A DNA stretch of 15,281 bases, taken from positions 1 through 15,281 of the forward strand of contig CBFGJG010000044.1 in NCBI GenBank assembly GCA_965649055.1, written 5' to 3'. This document shows positions 1 to 5,387 of the stretch, in pieces. Every line of letters starts with the position of its first letter. Within the stretch, counting starts at the first letter, position 1. The notes beneath the pieces are model-generated. The model was not told the origin of the DNA and made no database searches. It worked only from the letters and a program-made list of their open reading frames with translations. The position numbers and the translations under genes were made by a program. The DNA comes from a candidate division WOR-3 bacterium. GTDB taxonomy: Bacteria > Hydrothermota > UBA3072 > B12-G15.

Positions 1-8
1 AGTGTCAT
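1..8 (-). CDS. 5' end of a gene running off the left edge (M-T-...), product unknown
   Basis: Minus strand reads AAAAGGAGAAAAATGACACT: Shine-Dalgarno AAGGAG, then ATG at 8..6, 12 nt after the stop of the 21..863 gene. Confidence 0.6.
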
Positions 9-20
9 TTTTCCTCCTTT

Positions 21-863
21 TTAATATAATTCCTCAAGGCTTTTTTTCTTTAATAACTTCTTTTCTTCCTTAACAAAATTTTCTAAATATTCAATTATCT
101 TTTTTCTTGAATATCCCTTTTCTTTCAGTTCTTTTAATTTTTTTGCCATAAATAAGCTTCTTCTTGTATAAACGTTAAAAACATAATCGTAACTATAAGG
201 TAAAGGACAACGTTTCCAGAATTTTACTTCTTCCATCTCATGTATTTTGCTATCTTTTTTCTTAATTAATTCGATCTGAAATTTTATTAATTTCTTTCCT
301 GAATTGTTATCTTTACCATAATCTTTTTTTAATGCTTCTTTAAAATGTCTTATTCTTCTTAAAGCATCAATGATAATAGCATCTTCAACTATTTCGTTCA
401 TAAAAACCTTTTGTCCTTTTTCCTTTGCTTTTTTGAACAAAGATAAAAATCTTTTTCTACATATCTTCGAAAGATTTATTTTTTCTTCATTTTCGCAAAC
501 CCACGCAGCTTCTAAAGAATGTAATGCGGCTTCTCCATATTTTTTATGGTATTCTAAATAAATTGAATAACACATTAGTGCATTTGCGGTCTGTGGGAAT
601 TTTTTATTATTTGCTTGCATTTTATATTTTCTTTTTTTCATCACGATTTCTGCATTCTCAAGTTTTTTTCTAATATCAGGTGCAGCATATCCACAATGTG
701 GACAAAATCTACATTTCAGTTCAAATGTTATCGGTATATTAAATGGCTTAAAATCCAATTCATATGGTGAAATACTAGTATGTAAAGATAAAAAAGCTTT
801 TGCCTGTTTACTTTTCTTTTTACAAATTGCGCATCTCATTTCTCTATAAGAAAGAATTGTCAT
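21..863 (-). CDS. DUF2225-like Zn-ribbon / helical-repeat protein with a C-terminal extension
   Basis: N-terminal CAIC, LDFKP and CPHCGYA motifs, then helical A-x-x-x-L-x-AAW-x-C-E and D-x-LRR-x-x-x-F-x-EA, as in DUF2225 proteins. SD AGGAGG at ~869-874. Confidence 0.7.
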   Translation of the reverse strand: MTILSYREMRCAICKKKSKQAKAFLSLHTSISPYELDFKPFNIPITFELKCRFCPHCGYAAPDIRKKLENAEIVMKKRKYKMQANNKKFPQTANALMCYSIYLEYHKKYGEAALHSLEAAWVCENEEKINLSKICRKRFLSLFKKAKEKGQKVFMNEIVEDAIIIDALRRIRHFKEALKKDYGKDNNSGKKLIKFQIELIKKKDSKIHEMEEVKFWKRCPLPYSYDYVFNVYTRRSLFMAKKLKELKEKGYSRKKIIEYLENFVKEEKKLLKKKSLEELY

Positions 864-887
864 TCTTTTCCTCCTTTTTGTTTTAAA

Positions 888-1096
888 AAAGGGAGACGCG
901 GAGCCCTAATTAAAATTTGCGGATTAATTGGCATAAGTAATGGCTTATCTTAGCCATAAATTTTAAATAATAAAGATTACTCTGTACGGAAGGCCAATTA
1001 TTTTAGGTGGATATGGCTTTTACCACCCCAATTTACGCATTGGTGCGGGCTAACCTGCTTTGCAGCAGATTCGCACTTGCTCCCCTGTCTCCCTTT
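888..1096 (-). ncRNA. Candidate structured non-coding RNA (~209 nt, multi-stem junction)
   Basis: Closing stem 888-897/1087-1096 (10 bp perfect) plus 900-904/1079-1083. Internal stems 925-932/993-1000, 940-945/952-957, 1006-1010/1023-1027, 1028-1032/1039-1043, 1043-1047/1072-1076, and 1052-1058/1065-1071 capped by U-GCAA-A. Visibly more GC-rich than the flanking genes. Confidence 0.65.
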
Positions 1097-1105
1097 ATGT
1101 TTTAG

Positions 1106-1642
1106 TTATTGTTCATCTTTGAAGTTTACAGTCTTGGTAAAATTGATTTGTTTAATCTTTCTATCAAGTATCCTTATTTTCTTTTCAAGTTTATTATAAC
1201 TGTGAAAGAGTTCAGTGAAGTTTTCATCGTTCAATTCAATTTTTATATCGCGTTCATCTTTATGTATTATTTTTATAACAGCAGAAGCGGGAATTCTATC
1301 TCTAATATATTTCATTTCCCATCTCATATTTTGCAGGAGTTTTAGGGCTTCCGAAATATTAATAATTTTTCCTTCAAATTCAATTTTATTTCGCATATTA
1401 GCTTCAAGTATCGCAATATCCAGTTTTCCTCTTTTTATCATTATTTTTTTGTGTTCTTCTTTAATCTTTTCTAAATTAACTATAGGTTTTAAGTGATATT
1501 CGGAATCATAATGTGTTTCAGAACGAAGGACGGAAGTCGCGGGACCTTCAATAATAGAATACAATAATTGTAATTTTTGGTTGTATTCGTCCATCAGTTC
1601 TAGCGCTTCATAGATGAACAAATTACCTTTTTTATTAGGCAT
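1106..1642 (-). CDS. DIP1984-like (DUF6847-type) coiled-coil protein
   Basis: Two 'EAL' helices (IYEALEL, ISEALKL), L-x-x-AI-x-x-AN and a C-terminal IR-x-LD-x-KI-x-Q-x-NF motif. The start is moved from GTG 1648, which lies inside the SD AAGGAGGTG, to ATG at 1642. Confidence 0.7.
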   Translation of the reverse strand: MPNKKGNLFIYEALELMDEYNQKLQLLYSIIEGPATSVLRSETHYDSEYHLKPIVNLEKIKEEHKKIMIKRGKLDIAILEANMRNKIEFEGKIINISEALKLLQNMRWEMKYIRDRIPASAVIKIIHKDERDIKIELNDENFTELFHSYNKLEKKIRILDRKIKQINFTKTVNFKDEQ

Positions 1643-1684
1643 AAACACCTCCTTTTTTGAAATATTTTAAAAAATTGTATTACC

Positions 1685-1712
1685 AATATATAAAGAATTT
1701 AAATTTTGTCAA
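1685..1712 (-). promoter_or_regulatory. Putative sigma70 promoter for the DIP1984-like/ncRNA/DUF2225 unit
   Basis: Minus strand TTGACA (1712-1707), 16 nt, TATATT (1690-1685). Confidence 0.5.
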
Positions 1713-1732
1713 GACCTTTATATAAAATTTTT

Positions 1733-1802
1733 ATTGATTTTTCAATGTTTTTAGACATATATGTATTGAAACTGATTGTATTTCAATGGTTTTTGACATG
1801 TC
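1733..1802. repeat. Imperfect ~25-bp direct repeat with internal palindromes (operator-like)
   Basis: ATTGATTTTTCAATGTTTTTAGACAT (1733-1758) vs ATTGTATTTCAATGGTTTTTGACAT (1775-1799). Also inverted repeat ATTGAAA/TTTCAAT (1765-1787) and GACATGTC (1795-1802). Confidence 0.45.
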
Positions 1803-1839
1803 GAAATATTAAAAAAAATAATAAATTTTTATTTTATCC

Positions 1840-1867
1840 TTGATAAATTTTAATGTTCTTATATTAT
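1840..1867 (+). promoter_or_regulatory. Putative sigma70 promoter for the small ORF / beta-CASP-CARF unit
   Basis: TTGATA (1840-1845), 16 nt, TATTAT (1862-1867), followed by SD GGAGG at 1874-1878. Confidence 0.4.
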
Positions 1868-1883
1868 AGAAACGGAGGTAATT

Positions 1884-2060
1884 ATGGGATATTCAAGCAA
1901 TTTTTATAAGTTAGCAAGGATTATAAGGGATATAGAGGTTTTACTTTCAGGGAATCCAAAGAAGATAATGAACAGGATAATCAATAAAATACTTGGAAGA
2001 ATGTTATATAGAAGAATGTGGATGAGGACTGGCAGAAAATCAAATAAGGAGCAAATGTGA
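1884..2060 (+). CDS. Small basic hypothetical protein, 58 aa (not in the ORF track)
   Basis: MGYSSNFYKLARIIRDIEVLLSGNPKKIMNRIINKILGRMLYRRMWMRTGRKSNKEQM. SD GGAGG 5 nt upstream; its stop overlaps the next start (GTGA at 2057-2060). Confidence 0.75.
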   Translation: MGYSSNFYKLARIIRDIEVLLSGNPKKIMNRIINKILGRMLYRRMWMRTGRKSNKEQM

Positions 2061-4390
2061 AAGAATACATCAGAATAATTCCATTGGGTGGTGCTTCTGA
2101 AATAGGTTCAAACTGCTATTATGTTGATTGGAAAGGGAAATATAAGTTTTTATTAGATTGTGGCTTTTTGGGTGAAGGGGATTATATTGAGTCAATTCCC
2201 GAGTTTGACAAAGCTGATTCAGAAGTTGATGCTATATTAATTTCCCATGCTCATAATGACCATATTGGTGCTTTGCCTTTTGCTGAAAAATATCTTTTAA
2301 AAAATAATGGTAAAATATATATGACAAAGGAAACAAAAGAAATAGGGAAACTAATTATAGAAGATACAGGAAAAGTTTCTAAAAATAAAAGATCTATTCA
2401 AGATTTTAGAGTAAATTTATTTTCGGAAGAAAATATAAATAGAATAATAAAAGATAGAGTTGAAATTGTTCATTATAGTATTGAATATGAAATCGGGATT
2501 AATTTAAATGTAAAATTTTTTGATGCAGGTCATATTCTTGGTTCTTCTATGATATATATCTACGATGATGAAACAAGCCTTCTTTATACTGGTGATTTTA
2601 ATGTATCAGATAGTTTTTTACATAATGGTGTTCAGTTTGATAATAATCTAAAGGTTGATATTATGATTTCAGAAGGAACATACGGACTTAAAGATACTAA
2701 AAACTCTAATCAAGAGAAATTAAATAAACTTGCAAGGTTAGTAAAACAAACCTTAAATAAAAAAGGATATGTTCTTTTCCCATCATTTGCACTTGGAAGA
2801 GCACAGGAAATTTTAATGGCAATATCAGAAGCACAGAGCAAAGGCCTTTTACCAGAAGATTTGAAAATATATATTTCCAGAGGATTATGTGAAGAAATAA
2901 CTGAGTACTATTCCTTAAAATATAAATTTCCAGATTATATCTCTTTCACTTACACGGATATGTGTCTTCAACCGAATTCTGTATTTATTGCAACAAATGG
3001 TTTTTTCAATGAAGGAAGTCTTGCAAGAACAATAGCAGATAATATGTCTGATAATGAGAATAATCTCATTTTATTCCCGAGTGGGTATGCCTATAGTAAA
3101 TGGTATGTTAAAAAATGGCTTGAAGGAGCAAAATGTAAATCAGATTACATTGATTTTTCTGCTCATGCCTTTAAAGAAGAAATAATAAAAACTACTAATG
3201 AAATTAATCCTAAAGTTTTAATGTTTGTTCATGGAGAAAGAAATAGTTTATTATCTTTAACATCAAAAGTCAAAAATTCTATTTTCCCTGAAGGGAACGG
3301 AAGTGAAGTAATATTTGAGATAAAGGATAATAATATAAAATCAAAAATTTCTTTAAACGAAAGGTCTTGTATTATAACAGTTGGAGCATCTGTTTTATCT
3401 GAAAAACATAAAGATTTGGAGATGGACTCTATAAATAATGCTATGGAAAAATCAGCTGAAATCAATACATTATTCAGCATAAAAGATTTTGAAAAAGAAA
3501 AATATATATATCATCTTATTTGCACACAGAAATCATATAAAGCAGGAGAAATGATAAAAAAATTTCTGGATTCCCTTGATTTTTCTGTGATTATTCACAA
3601 ACTAAAGTTTGACCTTGCACAGGATGAAATTGAAGGTAATATTGAGATGAATTCTATTAACTCATCCATTGCAAGGATATTATTAAGATATAACGAGTCT
3701 GCAATAATCCTTTCCGGTGGTTTTAAATTTGAAGCAGCATATTCATATCTCTTAGGAAATCTGTTTGGTGTTGATATGTATTATAAACATGAGGATATGA
3801 AGATACTTGATTCTGCTATAAAACTTCAAAATTTTCCAGTAAAACCTGATGTTTCATTTTTCAAAAGTTACTCAAAATATTTACAAAATTTGTTTATAAG
3901 TGATGAACAAACCGCAGATAATATATATAAACTCCTGCCTGAAGAAATTAAAAATATAGTTTATAAAAAAGGGAATACATACTATCTTACAAATATCGGA
4001 ACAATACTTTATTATGCGAATAAAAGACAGGAAATAGTTTTTAATGAAAAAATTAAATTTAGATATAATGGAATTAATGATGAGATTTTTTCTATTAAAT
4101 CAGATAGGATTTCTATATTTGATATAAAAAATGAAAACTTTTTAAAATTTTTAATGGATTTTCTATTTGATGAATATGTTGAGAGCATCGAATTCCAAAA
4201 AATACAACAATCATGTAGTCAGAATAAGGATAAGATTATTTTTACTCCTACAAAAATTACAAATAATAAAATTATAGCAAATTTAAGGACAAAGACAAAA
4301 TCCCAGAAAATATATATAAAGGTTGATTCTTTTGGTAAGCAAATAGCGAAAAGATTTCGGCTTGAAGAAAATAAACCAATAGAGTTCTAA
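2057..4390 (+). CDS. MBL-fold beta-CASP nuclease fused to an APE2256-type CARF domain, wHTH-like segment and C-terminal domain
   Basis: aa 1-~420: LGGASEIG, LLDCG, H64-A-H-N-D-H69, AGH159ILGS, YTGD180F, EGTYG, FALGRAQE, FSAH370A, VH392GE (CPSF73/YSH1-like). aa ~437-595: IITVGASVL, SAEINTL, LSGGFKFE, MYYKHE (APE2256/SSO1393-like CARF). Then YYLTNIG (wing-like). GTG start with SD AAGGAG. Confidence 0.85.
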   Translation: MKEYIRIIPLGGASEIGSNCYYVDWKGKYKFLLDCGFLGEGDYIESIPEFDKADSEVDAILISHAHNDHIGALPFAEKYLLKNNGKIYMTKETKEIGKLIIEDTGKVSKNKRSIQDFRVNLFSEENINRIIKDRVEIVHYSIEYEIGINLNVKFFDAGHILGSSMIYIYDDETSLLYTGDFNVSDSFLHNGVQFDNNLKVDIMISEGTYGLKDTKNSNQEKLNKLARLVKQTLNKKGYVLFPSFALGRAQEILMAISEAQSKGLLPEDLKIYISRGLCEEITEYYSLKYKFPDYISFTYTDMCLQPNSVFIATNGFFNEGSLARTIADNMSDNENNLILFPSGYAYSKWYVKKWLEGAKCKSDYIDFSAHAFKEEIIKTTNEINPKVLMFVHGERNSLLSLTSKVKNSIFPEGNGSEVIFEIKDNNIKSKISLNERSCIITVGASVLSEKHKDLEMDSINNAMEKSAEINTLFSIKDFEKEKYIYHLICTQKSYKAGEMIKKFLDSLDFSVIIHKLKFDLAQDEIEGNIEMNSINSSIARILLRYNESAIILSGGFKFEAAYSYLLGNLFGVDMYYKHEDMKILDSAIKLQNFPVKPDVSFFKSYSKYLQNLFISDEQTADNIYKLLPEEIKNIVYKKGNTYYLTNIGTILYYANKRQEIVFNEKIKFRYNGINDEIFSIKSDRISIFDIKNENFLKFLMDFLFDEYVESIEFQKIQQSCSQNKDKIIFTPTKITNNKIIANLRTKTKSQKIYIKVDSFGKQIAKRFRLEENKPIEF

Positions 4391-4764
4391 TGTGTTAAAT
4401 GTTTCATTACTTCTTCCGGTTTTTCGGCGATTTTTATTCCACGGCCTTTAACATATGTTAATCTGTAATATTTTTTTACATAACTGAATGCAAATGGATT
4501 GCATCTTTCAAGCCTGTCTGCTGCAAGAAGAATACCTGTTAAAGGACCATATTTCTCTATTGCTTCCATTGCATAGTTTGAACAGGAAGGTTCAAAATTA
4601 CATACATCACCCTGCATACCGGAAAGTGTAAACTGATATATTTTTATTGCTGATTTAAACAAAAATTTCAAAGTGTTAAATTCCCTTTGTTCATTTTTCT
4701 TAATTTTAAAATTACTTTGAGGCTCTACTGGTCTTTCAATGAGTAGAATTAAAAACAAAATCAT
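4387..4764 (-). CDS. yidD: Membrane protein insertion efficiency factor YidD family protein
   Basis: IKIYQ..., CNFEPSCSNYAMEAIEKYG, G-x-x-LAADRLERCNPF: the three-Cys YidD signature. Confidence 0.88.
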   Translation of the reverse strand: MILFLILLIERPVEPQSNFKIKKNEQREFNTLKFLFKSAIKIYQFTLSGMQGDVCNFEPSCSNYAMEAIEKYGPLTGILLAADRLERCNPFAFSYVKKYYRLTYVKGRGIKIAEKPEEVMKHLTH

Positions 4765-5387
4765 TTTTTTACCTCCACATCAGGTGGTATTTTTAGATTT
4801 ATAAGTGAATCAGGTATTTTTTCTATTGTCTTTGTATTGCTGAATAAAATTTCCTGAAATATTGAATCTTTTTTGGTATATGTTACTGTTTTTATATACT
4901 GAGGAAAACTTACCTTTCCCATCTCATAATAGTTATCATATATTATTTCTCCAATCTTCAATTTTTTATATCTTATTGTTATTCTTTTTATTTTTTCATC
5001 TATTTTTTTCATATCAAGATAGAATCCTCTTTGTGGTAAAGCCCAATACACTATCGTTGTATCTTTTATCTTCTTCTCTTTTATAAATCTCATGCCATAA
5101 ACAGAAAGGTCTGTTTTTCCTTCTGTTTGTAATATGCTTTTGTTCATAGGCATATCCATCGGACTTATTCCAGTAAGATAAAAAGCCTTCTTATCATTTG
5201 GATAATATAATATTGTTGTTTCAGCCTTGAATGTGACAATCTGTAATAAAGGGTTTGTGACAATGAAACACAGGTTATTGCTGTCATTTAAAAACATTGT
5301 TCCTTTTACATAGTTTTCTTCTTTTGTGAAACTTTCTTTTATTATAAATTCTGTCTTGAATGATAGAAAAGTTAAGATTAAAATCAT
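4761..5387 (-). CDS. Hypothetical exported protein, possibly LolA-like fold
   Basis: Short hydrophobic N-terminus, beta-rich, G-x-x-F...VTNPLLQIV...YYPNDKKA and a C-terminal IPDSL-x-x-LKIPPDVEV pattern reminiscent of LolA-like carriers. ATGA overlaps at both ends. Confidence 0.5.
   Translation of the reverse strand: MILILTFLSFKTEFIIKESFTKEENYVKGTMFLNDSNNLCFIVTNPLLQIVTFKAETTILYYPNDKKAFYLTGISPMDMPMNKSILQTEGKTDLSVYGMRFIKEKKIKDTTIVYWALPQRGFYLDMKKIDEKIKRITIRYKKLKIGEIIYDNYYEMGKVSFPQYIKTVTYTKKDSIFQEILFSNTKTIEKIPDSLINLKIPPDVEVKK

Noticed and set aside
888..1096. SRP RNA, 6S RNA, tRNA or simple terminator
   Set aside because: It lacks the SRP domain IV CAGG-x-x-x-GNRA-x-x-x-AGCAG motif, is multi-branched rather than a 6S-like rod, has no cloverleaf/T-loop, and is far larger than a terminator. 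This is judged by eye; an Rfam scan is still needed.
2057..4390. Type VII CRISPR effector Cas14, or housekeeping RNase J
   Set aside because: No cas7/cas5 or array is adjacent, and the C-terminus has CARF motifs rather than a Cas10-like or RNase J C-terminal domain.
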